This document shows positions 1 through 8,339 of a stretch of DNA of 39,151 nt, piece by piece. The notes beneath the pieces were generated by a model. The model made no database searches. It saw only the letters and a program-made list of their open reading frames with translations, and was not told the origin of the DNA. This stretch comes from Acidimicrobiales bacterium (GTDB lineage: Bacteria; Actinomycetota; Acidimicrobiia; Acidimicrobiales; SZUA-35). Where the stretch lies: the NCBI GenBank assembly GCA_052032035.1, contig JBPEXC010000364.1, positions 1 through 39,151 of the forward strand, read 5' to 3'. How positions within the stretch are numbered: position 1 is the first letter of the stretch; the number at the start of each line of letters is the position of its first letter. The translations under genes and the position numbers were made by a program.

Positions 1-423
1 GTCGACGGGCTGCGAGCCGATCTGGGTGAGGCGATCGCCGACGGCGCCACGGTCCACGACATCGAGGAGCGGTTCGGGCCGCCGCGACGGTTGGCGGTCC
101 ACGTGACCGAGGGCCTTCAGCGTCCGTCGTGGATGCGGGGCGGGTTCGCAGCGCTCGCCGCACTGGTGGTGGCCATGGTCATGCACGCGATCGTCGCCGA
201 GGCGTTCATCGCCGGCTTCGAGGCCACAGCGTCGCCCGGTGACGCGGCCGAGTGGTCGGGATTGGGGTTCTTCGCCGAAGCCACGATGGGCGACGACGGA
301 CGGGCCTCGTCGATCGGGATGGGTGGCTGGGCGATGCTCGTCGCACCCGTCCTCGGCTTCGTGCTCGGTTCGCGGATCTGGCGGCTGCGACGTGCTGCGG
401 TGCGGGCTGCGGCAGTTCTCTGA
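1..423 (+). CDS. hypothetical membrane protein, 5' end outside window
   Basis: Frame 1 is open from base 1 with no upstream stop (the ORF track starts it at 91). G/C is strong at codon position 3. Two hydrophobic segments are present (FAALAALVVAMVMHAIVA; WAMLVAPVLGFVLG). Stop is TGA 421-423. Confidence 0.5.
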   Translation, partial: VDGLRADLGEAIADGATVHDIEERFGPPRRLAVHVTEGLQRPSWMRGGFAALAALVVAMVMHAIVAEAFIAGFEATASPGDAAEWSGLGFFAEATMGDDGRASSIGMGGWAMLVAPVLGFVLGSRIWRLRRAAVRAAAVL

Positions 424-450
424 TCAGCCCAGTTCTGATCAGCCCAGTTC
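421..450. repeat. perfect 15-bp tandem duplication TGATCAGCCCAGTTC x2 containing stop codons of both convergent genes
   Basis: Copies at 421-435 and 436-450. TGA 421-423 ends the + ORF. TCA 439-441 is the IclR stop, and copy 1 repeats the IclR E-L-G-stop codons. Confidence 0.9.
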
Positions 451-1194
451 TACTGCCAGATCGTTGGCCAAGTCGGCAGCGGTCTCGAGGACGGCGTCGG
501 CGAGGTCGGGGAGGAGCGCCGGCGTGAACCGGCTCGACGGGAGACCGACCGAGATGCCGCACACCGGCGTGCCGTCGGGGCCCGGCACGGCGGCGCCGAC
601 GGCCGTCACGCCGTCCTCGGTGGCGTTGCGGTTGACCGCATAGCCATCGGCCCGGACCCGGGCGAGGCGGCGGTGGAGGGCGCGGGGGTCGACACCGGCG
701 TCTCCGGCCACCTCGGCGTAGACCTCGGCCAGCTCGGCCGCCGACAGGGCGGCCAGCATCGCCCGACCCGCCGAGGTGAGGTGAGCCGGGAGCGACGTGC
801 CACTGCGATCGCCGACGCGGAGCGCCCGGTCCGACTCGACCGTGGTGACGAACCGGGTCTCGGCGCCGACCCGCACGAACAGGTTGCTCGACTCGCCGGT
901 GCGGTCGGTGAGCTCCCGCAGGCGGGGTGGGCCGACCGTTCGCAACAGCGCCAGCGGAGCATCGGCGGCGCGGGCCGCTCGCAACACCGATCCCGGCCCG
1001 TAGGTGCGGTCGGGCAACTGCTCGGCGAAGTCGCGGTAGACGAGCATCGCCAGCAGACGGTGGGCACCCGACGCAGAGATGCCCAGGGTCTCGGCCGCTT
1101 CGGTCACCCCGACCGAGCCCTCCTGCTGCAGCAGAGTCGCCAGCCGCAGCGCCCGGTCGACCGACTCGATGGCATATGCGGGGCGGTTCTTCAC
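439..1194 (-). CDS. IclR family transcriptional regulator
   Basis: 251 aa with an N-terminal wHTH (VTEAAETLGISASGAHRLLAML) and an IclR-type effector domain. GTG start at 1192-1194. Divergent from the monooxygenase gene. Confidence 0.9.
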   Translation of the reverse strand: MKNRPAYAIESVDRALRLATLLQQEGSVGVTEAAETLGISASGAHRLLAMLVYRDFAEQLPDRTYGPGSVLRAARAADAPLALLRTVGPPRLRELTDRTGESSNLFVRVGAETRFVTTVESDRALRVGDRSGTSLPAHLTSAGRAMLAALSAAELAEVYAEVAGDAGVDPRALHRRLARVRADGYAVNRNATEDGVTAVGAAVPGPDGTPVCGISVGLPSSRFTPALLPDLADAVLETAADLANDLAVELG

Positions 1195-1241
1195 AGCAGA
1201 AGAACCTATCCCACCGACCAGAACCCGTGGCAGGGTGCCGC

Positions 1242-3038
1242 ATGCAGTTTCATCGAGACGGCTTCCGCCACGGTGACCCGAGGATCGCCGACCGTCCGTT
1301 GCCGACCGACGTCGACGTGCTCGTCGTCGGGTCCGGGCCGGCCGGACTCACGCTCGCCGCCCAGCTCAGCGTGTTCCCCGAGCTGCGGGTCTGCCTGGCC
1401 GAGGCCAAGCCGGGGCCGATGCAGCTCGGCCAGGCCGACGGCATCGCCTGTCGCACCGTCGAGATGTTCGAGGCGTTCGGGTTCGCCCGCGACGTGATGG
1501 AGGAGGCGTACTGGGTGAACGAGGTCGTCTTCTGGAAGCCCGACCCCGACGATCCCCGCAGGATCCGACGCAACGACCGCATCCTCGACGTCGAGCCCGG
1601 CCTGTCGGAGATGCCCCACCTGATCCTCAACCAGGCACGCATCCACGACCGCTTCCTCGAGTTCATGGCCAACGGCCCGAGCCGGCTCGAACCTCACTAC
1701 GCCCGCCGGCTCGTCGACCTCGACTGGGGTGACGACGGTCCGGTCACCGCTCGCTTCGACACCGGCGAGACCGTGCGGGCCGGCGTGGTGGTGGGCTGTG
1801 ACGGTGCCCGCAGTCAGGTGCGGCGCAGCCTCGGCTACGAGCTCGTCGGCGACGCCGCCAACCAGGCGTGGGGCGTCATGGACGTCCTCGCCGTCACCGA
1901 CTTCCCCGACATCCGCTACAAGGCGGTGATCCACTCGGCCGACGAGGGCAACCTCCTCGTCATCCCCCGCGAGGGCGGCCACCTCGTGCGCCTCTACATC
2001 GAACTCGACGAGCTGGCGGCCGGGCAGCGGGTGGCCGACACCTCGCTCGGCCTCGATGACCTGATCGCGACCGCCGGCCGGGTCCTGGCGCCCTACGAGC
2101 TCGACGTGAAGGAGGTGGCGTGGTGGTCGATCTACGAGATCGGCCAGCGGCTCTGCGACCGATTCGACGGGGCACCCGATCCCGACGGTGTGCCCCGGGT
2201 GTTCATCGCCGGCGACGCCTGCCACACCCACAGCCCCAAGGCCGGGCAGGGCATGAACGTGTCGGTGCGCGACGCCTTCAACCTCGGCTGGAAGCTGGCC
2301 GCCGTGCTGCGGGGCGAGGCCCGTCCCGAGCTGCTCCACACCTATGGGGCGGAACGCCGGGCCGTCGCCCGGGAACTGATCGACTTCGACCGTCGCCTGG
2401 CCGCCATGTTCTCCGCGCCGCCCAAGACGTCGCCCGACGACCCCGACGGCATCGACCCCGCCGAGTTCCAGGCCTACTTCCAGCAGCAGGGCCGGTTCAC
2501 CGCCGGGGTCGCGACCCGCTACGAGCCCTCGGTGATCACCGCCGCCGGGCCGGCCCAGGAGCTGGCGACCGGGTTCGAGGTCGGCACGCGCTTCCACTCG
2601 GCCCCGGTGTTGCGAGTGGCCGACGGTCGGCCGCTCCACCTCGGCCACGTCGCCCGAGCCGACGGCCGCTGGCGGCTCTATGCCTTCGCCGATCCCGACC
2701 GGACGAGGCTCGAGCGGCTGTGCGCGGCGGCGCCTCCGGGTGTCGACCTGCGGGCGATCCTGCAGGGGTCGCACCACGACGTCGAGCTCGGCGACCTGCC
2801 TGCGGCACTGCGGCCGGCGGTCGGGCGGCTGGGCTTGATCGACTACGAGAGGGTGTTCGTCGCCGACCCGGCGGGGCCCGACGTGTTCGACCTGCGGGGC
2901 GTCGACCGCGCCCACGGGGCGGCGGTGGTGGTGCGACCCGACCAGCACGTCGCCGGGGTGTGGCCCCTCGACGCTGCCGCCGAGATCGCGGCCTTCCTCG
3001 ACGGGTTCGGCTACAGGTCGTCGAACGGAGCGGCGTAG
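1242..3038 (+). CDS. FAD-dependent aromatic-ring monooxygenase (class A; phenol 2-monooxygenase / 3-hydroxybenzoate 4-monooxygenase-like)
   Basis: In-frame ATG at 1242 within ORF 927..3038; the part upstream is an R/P-rich shadow. FAD motifs present: VLVVGSGPAGLT (GxGxxG), GCDGARSQVRR and GDACHTHSPKAGQGMN. It has the long C-terminal extension typical of phenol hydroxylases. Confidence 0.85.
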   Translation: MQFHRDGFRHGDPRIADRPLPTDVDVLVVGSGPAGLTLAAQLSVFPELRVCLAEAKPGPMQLGQADGIACRTVEMFEAFGFARDVMEEAYWVNEVVFWKPDPDDPRRIRRNDRILDVEPGLSEMPHLILNQARIHDRFLEFMANGPSRLEPHYARRLVDLDWGDDGPVTARFDTGETVRAGVVVGCDGARSQVRRSLGYELVGDAANQAWGVMDVLAVTDFPDIRYKAVIHSADEGNLLVIPREGGHLVRLYIELDELAAGQRVADTSLGLDDLIATAGRVLAPYELDVKEVAWWSIYEIGQRLCDRFDGAPDPDGVPRVFIAGDACHTHSPKAGQGMNVSVRDAFNLGWKLAAVLRGEARPELLHTYGAERRAVARELIDFDRRLAAMFSAPPKTSPDDPDGIDPAEFQAYFQQQGRFTAGVATRYEPSVITAAGPAQELATGFEVGTRFHSAPVLRVADGRPLHLGHVARADGRWRLYAFADPDRTRLERLCAAAPPGVDLRAILQGSHHDVELGDLPAALRPAVGRLGLIDYERVFVADPAGPDVFDLRGVDRAHGAAVVVRPDQHVAGVWPLDAAAEIAAFLDGFGYRSSNGAA

Positions 3039-3526
3039 GTGAACGGTCGGGCGAACGCCGGATCCCACGAGCTGAGCGGCAGCGCCTGGAAGTAGTGGCC
3101 CCACGCCGGGTCGGGCGGATCGATGCCCAGTTCGCTCGACGCCGCGAACCCGAAGCGCCGGTAGTAGACGGGGTCGCCGAGCAGGGCGATGAAGGGTTCG
3201 TCGAGGGCGTCGGCGGCCCCGATCATTGCGTGCATCAGGGCCGAGCCGACGCCGCTGCGCTGGAGGTCGGGCCGCACGGCGATCGGCCCGAGGCCAATTC
3301 CGGCCTCAGGGCTGCGGGTGGCGACCGCGTGGCCGACGATCCGGCCGTCGAGTTCGGCCACCCACGACAGTGCCGGCACCCAGCCTTCGCAGGTGCGCAG
3401 GGCGTCGAGCAGGTCGGCCTCGATCGGTTCGTCGGCGCCCTCGGGCGTGGGGAACGCGGCGGCGTGGGTGGCCCGGGCCGCGTCGTGGTCGGCGGCGACT
3501 TCGCGGCGGAGGATGAGCGGAGCCAT
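3011..3526 (-). CDS. GNAT family N-acetyltransferase
   Basis: 171 aa with an acetyl-CoA binding motif region (RPDLQRSGVGSALM). Its 3' end overlaps the convergent monooxygenase gene by 28 nt. Confidence 0.85.
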   Translation of the reverse strand: MAPLILRREVAADHDAARATHAAAFPTPEGADEPIEADLLDALRTCEGWVPALSWVAELDGRIVGHAVATRSPEAGIGLGPIAVRPDLQRSGVGSALMHAMIGAADALDEPFIALLGDPVYYRRFGFAASSELGIDPPDPAWGHYFQALPLSSWDPAFARPFTYAAPFDDL

Positions 3527-3548
3527 CGCCGGACTCTAGGCTCTCGCC

Positions 3549-4037
3549 GTGGCCTGGACCTGTCCCGATTGCGAGCGCCGGTTCGGCGCCACGAAGCAAG
3601 GCCACATGTGTCGACCCGGGGTGACGATCGAGAGCTTCTTCGCCAACGCCCGCCCGGAGGCCGAACCGATCCACCGGATCGTGGCCGCCCATCTCGAGGG
3701 GCTCGACGGGGGCGACCTGATCATCGATCCGCTCGAGACCAAGGTGCTGTTCAAGAACGGCCCGACCTTCGCCATCCTCGACTCGAAGACGAAGTGGGTG
3801 GCCCTCGGGTTCACGGTGCGGCGCCGGCTCGACAGCGACCGCTTCTCGCGCAAGGTCACCGAGTACCAGGGTCGCTTCCACCACGTGGTCAACCTGACCG
3901 ACCCGGCCCAGGTCGACGACGAACTGCTCGGCTGGCTGACCGAGGCGTTCTACCGCGACGACCAGCCCGAGGGCAGTGATGCCGCCGACGCCGGCGGGGA
4001 CGGCATGGTCCCCGACGACGTCGACATCGATTTCTAA
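3549..4037 (+). CDS. DUF5655-like protein with N-terminal CxxC...HxC motif
   Basis: 162 aa with a GTG start. N-terminus is CPDCERRFGATKQGHMC. The C-terminal part (FHHVVNLTDPAQVDDELLGWLTEAFY) resembles DUF5655 proteins; this is recalled family resemblance, not searched. Confidence 0.6.
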   Translation: MAWTCPDCERRFGATKQGHMCRPGVTIESFFANARPEAEPIHRIVAAHLEGLDGGDLIIDPLETKVLFKNGPTFAILDSKTKWVALGFTVRRRLDSDRFSRKVTEYQGRFHHVVNLTDPAQVDDELLGWLTEAFYRDDQPEGSDAADAGGDGMVPDDVDIDF

Positions 4038-4477
4038 GCGGCCCGGTTCGGAGCGACGACGACCGGCAGGCCGGTGGCGGCGGTCGAGCGGCGCAGCGAG
4101 CGACGCTCCGACAGGCGGCGGGGCAGGGCGATGGCGGTGGTGGTCGGGGTGACGTAGCGGCCGAGTTCGACCGAGCCGCGGTGGCCGTGGAGGGCGGTCG
4201 CCACCGTGCCGGGCCCGACCTGGCGTTCGAGGTCGTAGCGGAGGCGACCGAGCACGATCTCCTCGGCCTCGCCGCGAGGCAGGTTGGCGGCCCGGGCGAA
4301 GTCGTCGATCTCACGCTGGAGGCGCTTGGACACCATCAGCACGACCTGGGCGGTGCCGCCCCTGGCGACGTGGTCGCGGGCGAGGTCGAGGGTGGTGTCG
4401 TCGTCGGCGGTCGACTCGACGACGGTGAGGAGGTGGTCGGGGGCGGAGGCAGGGGTGGGGGCGTGGGTGACAGTCAT
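4034..4477 (-). CDS. hypothetical protein, translationally coupled to the upstream TetR gene
   Basis: Internal ATG (MTVTHAPTPA...) of ORF 4034..4912. It overlaps the TetR stop as ATGA (4474-4477). GC3 is high. I recognise no family. Confidence 0.6.
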   Translation of the reverse strand: MTVTHAPTPASAPDHLLTVVESTADDDTTLDLARDHVARGGTAQVVLMVSKRLQREIDDFARAANLPRGEAEEIVLGRLRYDLERQVGPGTVATALHGHRGSVELGRYVTPTTTAIALPRRLSERRSLRRSTAATGLPVVVAPNRAA

Positions 4478-5067
4478 CGGGTGACCTCGGGGCTGGTCGG
4501 GGTGGGGGCAGATGTCGGCACCTGGAGGACGAGATCCCAGAGGTACTCGTCGGTGATCGGCGTGCCGGTGAGGAGGAGGCGGTAGTAGATCGGACCGAAC
4601 AGGCGGTCGAGCACGATCTCGAGATCGGTGTCCGGCTCGCCTCCCGCGATGTCGCGGACGAGATCGACGGCCAGGTCGCGGCGGCGGAGCCAGAACCCCT
4701 GGAAGGCGGCGGCCAGCTCGGCGTCGCGGGCGGCGGCGCCGACCACGCCGGCCACCAGTCCGCCGAAGTCGGTGGTGGTGCAGAGCCGGACGATGTCCTT
4801 CAGGTAGACGAACAGGTTGAAGTAGGGGTCGAGCTCGAGCTGGGCCGGGCGCACGGCGTGGCGCGCGAGCCGATCGACCAGGTCGACGGCGAGGGCGTCC
4901 TTGCCCGACCAACGTCGGTAGATCGTGTCCTTGCCGACGCCGGCGACCTTGGAGATCTCGTCGATCGTGGCGCCGGTGTATCCCCGGCGGGCGATGACGG
5001 TGCGCGCTGCCTCGAGGATGCGAGCGTCTCGCTCGGGATCTCGGGGGCGACCACGCTGCACGGTCAT
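4474..5067 (-). CDS. TetR/AcrR family transcriptional regulator
   Basis: 197 aa with an N-terminal HTH (GYTGATIDEISKVAGVGKDTIYRRWSGKDAL). Confidence 0.9.
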   Translation of the reverse strand: MTVQRGRPRDPERDARILEAARTVIARRGYTGATIDEISKVAGVGKDTIYRRWSGKDALAVDLVDRLARHAVRPAQLELDPYFNLFVYLKDIVRLCTTTDFGGLVAGVVGAAARDAELAAAFQGFWLRRRDLAVDLVRDIAGGEPDTDLEIVLDRLFGPIYYRLLLTGTPITDEYLWDLVLQVPTSAPTPTSPEVTR

Positions 5068-5081
5068 GCGTTCACATTAAC

Positions 5082-5097
5082 CAAACGACATCGTTTG
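5082..5097. promoter_or_regulatory. inverted repeat CAAACGA-CA-TCGTTTG, candidate TetR operator
   Basis: Read directly. It lies in an unusually AT-rich 70-bp divergent region between the TetR gene (4474..5067, -) and the SnoaL-like gene (5138, +). Confidence 0.45.
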
Positions 5098-5137
5098 ATA
5101 AACGGGTCAGGGGTCACAGGCCTGCTTCACTGGGGCG

Positions 5138-5542
5138 ATGACCGACGACGAGATCGAACTCGCGGTGCGCCGACTGCTCGACGCCTACGCCCACGCCTGC
5201 GACACCGACGACGCCGCCGCGGTGGCGGCCTTGTTCACCGACGACGGTGAGCTCCGCTACGGCGACCGGACCTGGACCGGTGACGAGATCGAGGCGTTCT
5301 ACGCCGCCCGGCTCGACCTGCCGTCGCTCCACCTCACGACCGGTCTGCGGTGGGACCGGCGTGACGCCGCCGACGGGGTGATCCTCGTCGATTCGACGTG
5401 TGGCTTCCTCGCCGTCGAGTATCCCGACGACCGGACGTCGTTGGCGATGGGGCGCTACGTCGACGAGATCCGGATCGAGGCAGGCGCGGCGCGGTTCGCG
5501 GCCCGTCGACTCCTTCCCGCCGGTCGACGCAACGTCGGCTGA
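5138..5542 (+). CDS. SnoaL-like / NTF2-fold protein
   Basis: 134 aa. The N-terminal pattern (IELAVRRLLDAYAHACDTDDAAAVAALFTDDGEL) is typical of SnoaL_4/NTF2-like domains. Confidence 0.75.
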   Translation: MTDDEIELAVRRLLDAYAHACDTDDAAAVAALFTDDGELRYGDRTWTGDEIEAFYAARLDLPSLHLTTGLRWDRRDAADGVILVDSTCGFLAVEYPDDRTSLAMGRYVDEIRIEAGAARFAARRLLPAGRRNVG

Positions 5543-5546
5543 ACCG

Positions 5547-5562
5547 CCGCACTACGGTGCGG
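5547..5562 (+). terminator. weak stem-loop CCGCAC-TACG-GTGCGG after the SnoaL-like gene
   Basis: 6-bp stem with a 4-nt loop, 5 nt after the TGA at 5540-5542. There is no U-tract. Confidence 0.3.
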
Positions 5563-5597
5563 GCACCAGGTCAGCCCGTACGTCCCAGGAGACCCAC

Positions 5598-6074
5598 ATG
5601 ACCATCCAGATCGGCGATTCCCTTCCCTCGGCCACCCTCCAGGAGGGCAACCCCGGCAACACCGTCGACACCGCCGAGGCCCTCGGTACCGGCAAGGCCC
5701 TCGTGTTCGCCGTGCCCGGCGCCTTCACCCCGGGCTGCTCCCAGACCCACCTGCCGGGCTACGTCAACGACTACGACGCCATCAAGGCCAAGGGGGTCGA
5801 CACGATCGCCTGCATCTCGGTCAACGACGCGTTCGTCATGCAGGCATGGGGTGAGGCCCACGAGGTCGGCGACAAGATCCGCATGCTGGCCGACCCGCTG
5901 GGCGAGTTCACCAAGGCCGTCGGCCTCGACGTCGACGCCGCCGTGCTCGGTGGGCTGCGCTCGAAGCGCTACGCGATGGTCGTCGAGGACGGCACCGTCA
6001 CCCAGCTCGAGGTGGAGCCCGACGGGTTCGGCCTCACCTGCTCGCTGTCGGAGTCGATCGTCGACAAGCTCTGA
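5598..6074 (+). CDS. peroxiredoxin (Prx5-type)
   Basis: ATG at 5598 follows AGGAG. The active-site motif PGAFTPGCS is present. 158 aa. Confidence 0.9.
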   Translation: MTIQIGDSLPSATLQEGNPGNTVDTAEALGTGKALVFAVPGAFTPGCSQTHLPGYVNDYDAIKAKGVDTIACISVNDAFVMQAWGEAHEVGDKIRMLADPLGEFTKAVGLDVDAAVLGGLRSKRYAMVVEDGTVTQLEVEPDGFGLTCSLSESIVDKL

Positions 6075-6087
6075 GCCGGAGTTCGTC

Positions 6088-6918
6088 CTGAGCGACGTCG
6101 CACCGACCGTCATCGTCGCCCGGCGGGTCGCCGCCGGGCGCGAGGCGGACTACCGCCGCTGGGCCGAACACATCTCGGCCGTCGCCGCCACCTTCCCCGG
6201 CCACCTCGGCGCCGACCTCCAGCCGCCCGGGCCGGCCCATCCCGACGACTGGGTGATCGTCTACCGCTTCGACACCCAGGAACACCTCGACGCCTGGCTG
6301 GCGTCGCCCGAACGGGCCGACCTGGTCGCCGAGGGAGCGCCCCTGATCGACGGGGAACCCAACGAGCATCGCATCGCCCGCCCGCTGCCGACCGCCGAGG
6401 CGGCGACGGCCGTCTTCTCCCAGCGGGTCCCGCCCGAGCAGGTGGAGGCCTTCCGGCGGTGGCACGTCGAGGCCTCGCTCCTGGTCGGGCAGTTCCCCGG
6501 GTTCCTCCACTCCGAGTTGGTCGAACCGGTGGCCGGGGTCCAGGACGACCACGTCATCGCCATCACGTTCGACTCGCGAGCGTCGCTCGACCGGTGGCTG
6601 GCGTCCCCGGAGCGGGCCGAGCTGCTGACCTCGCTCGGGGACCTGGTGGAGGGCGACCGGACGACCAGCGTGGTCGGGGGCTTCGGCGGCTGGTTCGACC
6701 TGCCGGACCGGGCGCCCCGGAAGCACAAGCAGGCCGTCGCCGTGCTGGTGGCGCTCTTCCCGACGTCGCTCGCCCTGTCGTGGGCGTTCCGCACGATCGA
6801 TCACGGCCTGCCGTGGCCGGCGGTGGTGTTCCTCTCGAACGTGCTCGGCATCGTCGCACTCACCTGGGTGCTGATGCCTCGGGTCACCCGAGCCCTGTCG
6901 GGCTGGCTCAACCGCTGA
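6088..6918 (+). CDS. membrane-anchored protein with two antibiotic-biosynthesis-monooxygenase (ABM)-like domains; start codon unresolved
   Basis: Two internally similar ABM-like halves (VIVYRFDTQEHLDAWLASPERADL / VIAITFDSRASLDRWLASPERAEL) plus two C-terminal TM helices. There is no ATG/GTG/TTG in frame between the Prx stop (6074) and 6253. CTG 6088 is used here only as a placeholder start. Confidence 0.6.
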   Translation: MSDVAPTVIVARRVAAGREADYRRWAEHISAVAATFPGHLGADLQPPGPAHPDDWVIVYRFDTQEHLDAWLASPERADLVAEGAPLIDGEPNEHRIARPLPTAEAATAVFSQRVPPEQVEAFRRWHVEASLLVGQFPGFLHSELVEPVAGVQDDHVIAITFDSRASLDRWLASPERAELLTSLGDLVEGDRTTSVVGGFGGWFDLPDRAPRKHKQAVAVLVALFPTSLALSWAFRTIDHGLPWPAVVFLSNVLGIVALTWVLMPRVTRALSGWLNR

Positions 6919-7333
6919 CGTCGTCGAGGGCGGTGATCCGCTCGGGGCTGAGGCGGACGATGAGCTCGCCGGGGACGCCGTTGCGAGCGCCGAACTCCTC
7001 GGCCCGGTCCGCACCCATGTAGCGGCCGCCGATCTCGGTGGCGACCGCCCGCACCCGGTCGAGGTCGTCGTCGAAGGAGACGGTGGCGTCGATCTTGACG
7101 AACGCGTACGGCGGCGCCTCGTCGTCGACGACCAGGCAGGCCCGTCCCTCTCGGCGCAGTGCCTTGGCCTTGCCGGTGTCGTCGCCGGTGTTGAACACCA
7201 CGTCGTCGCCGTCGAGCACGAACCAGATCGGGGCGACGTGGGGCCGACCGTCGGCCCCGACCCACGCCAGCTTGCCGGTGCGGGTGCCCTCGGAGAGGAA
7301 GGCGGTGATCTCGTCGGGGGTCATCGTTCGCAT
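6908..7333 (-). CDS. PPOX-class (pyridoxamine 5'-phosphate oxidase family) probable F420-dependent oxidoreductase
   Basis: The sequence MRTMTPDEITAFLSEGTRTGKLAWVGADGRPHVAPIWF is typical of the Rv1155-like PPOX family. Alternative starts are at 7324 or 7366. The 3' end overlaps the ABM gene by 11 nt. Confidence 0.8.
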   Translation of the reverse strand: MRTMTPDEITAFLSEGTRTGKLAWVGADGRPHVAPIWFVLDGDDVVFNTGDDTGKAKALRREGRACLVVDDEAPPYAFVKIDATVSFDDDLDRVRAVATEIGGRYMGADRAEEFGARNGVPGELIVRLSPERITALDDVSG

Positions 7334-7351
7334 GGTCCGTGCAACCGCCGG

Positions 7352-7382
7352 ACCCGGGTGATCCATCCGTGATCACCCGGGT
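7352..7382. promoter_or_regulatory. perfect 12-bp-arm inverted repeat ACCCGGGTGATC-N7-GATCACCCGGGT
   Basis: Read directly, in the divergent region between the PPOX gene and the ABC ATPase gene. The GTGATCAC core recurs at 7369-7376 and 7429-7436; the latter abuts the ATG at 7437. Confidence 0.5.
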
Positions 7383-7436
7383 GAGATCGGCGGGGGAGGG
7401 AATCGCTCTCCTGCGGTGCCTCGCGAAGGTGATCAC

Positions 7437-8339
7437 ATGCTCACCGTCACCTCACTCACCAAGTCCTACGGCGATCACGTCGTGGTCGACGATCTCACCT
7501 TCGTGGTGCCCGCCGGTCGTGTGACCGGGTTCGTCGGCCCGAACGGCGCCGGCAAGTCCACCACCATGCGCATGATGGTCGGCCTCACCCGGCCCGACCA
7601 CGGCGACGTCCGCTACGGCGACGTCCCCTACCACCGGCTGCCCCGGCCGGGGAAGGTCGTCGGCGCCGCCCTCAGCGCCGCCGCCCACCCCGGCCGCACC
7701 GCCCGTGACCACCTCCGTTCCCTCGCCGCCGCCGGCGACGTGCCCCGCAGCCGCATCGACGAGGTGCTCGCCGACGTCGGGCTGACCGCCGCCGCCGATC
7801 AGCGGGTGGGCGGGTTCTCGCTCGGGATGGGGCAGCGCCTGGCGCTCGCCGCCGCCGTGCTCAACCGACCCGACGTGTTGCTGCTCGACGAGCCGGCCAA
7901 CGGGCTCGATCCCGACGGCATCCGCTGGCTGCGCCGCTTCCTCCGCTCCTACGCGGATGCCGGTGGTGCCGTGTTCGTGTCGAGCCACCTGATCGCCGAA
8001 CTCTCCATGTTCGCCGACGACGTGGTCGTGATCGGTGGCGGTCGCCTGCTCGCCGCCGCCCCGATCGACGAGATCATGCAGGCCGGCGAGCCGCCCGTGC
8101 TCGTCGAGACCCCCGACGCCGGCGACCTCTGCCGCCTCCTCGAGGGCAACGGCCTGGTCGTCGAACGCACCGGCCACACCGTGCGGGCCTCGGGGACGAC
8201 CCGCAGCGAGGTCGCCCAGCTCGCCCTCGACCACCACCTCCGCCTCGACCGCCTCACCGACGAGGAGCGGTCGCTCGAGGACATCCTCGTCGACCTCACC
8301 GCCCACGCCGCCGACTTCGCCTCCGGGAGCCTCCGATGA
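7437..8339 (+). CDS. ABC transporter ATP-binding protein
   Basis: Walker A GPNGAGKST, signature-like FSLGMGQRL and Walker B VLLLDEP are present. Confidence 0.9.
   Translation: MLTVTSLTKSYGDHVVVDDLTFVVPAGRVTGFVGPNGAGKSTTMRMMVGLTRPDHGDVRYGDVPYHRLPRPGKVVGAALSAAAHPGRTARDHLRSLAAAGDVPRSRIDEVLADVGLTAAADQRVGGFSLGMGQRLALAAAVLNRPDVLLLDEPANGLDPDGIRWLRRFLRSYADAGGAVFVSSHLIAELSMFADDVVVIGGGRLLAAAPIDEIMQAGEPPVLVETPDAGDLCRLLEGNGLVVERTGHTVRASGTTRSEVAQLALDHHLRLDRLTDEERSLEDILVDLTAHAADFASGSLR

Noticed and set aside
3011-3038. Convergent gene overlaps: 3011-3038, 4034-4037, 6908-6918, 11907-11929 and 14232-14235.
   Set aside because: These are consistent with general genome compaction in a high-GC actinobacterium. 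Some may also reflect uncertain stop-proximal frames. There is no specific evidence for antisense regulation.
2120-3979. A 619-aa + strand ORF, plus the 632-aa - strand ORF 1206..3104.
   Set aside because: These are out-of-frame or antisense to the monooxygenase, GNAT and DUF5655 genes. They have Arg/Pro-rich composition and no motifs.
4034-5067. The TetR plus small coupled ORF considered as a toxin-antitoxin pair.
   Set aside because: TetR is a ligand-responsive repressor, not an antitoxin fold. The 147-aa partner shows no toxin-like motifs that I can recognise.
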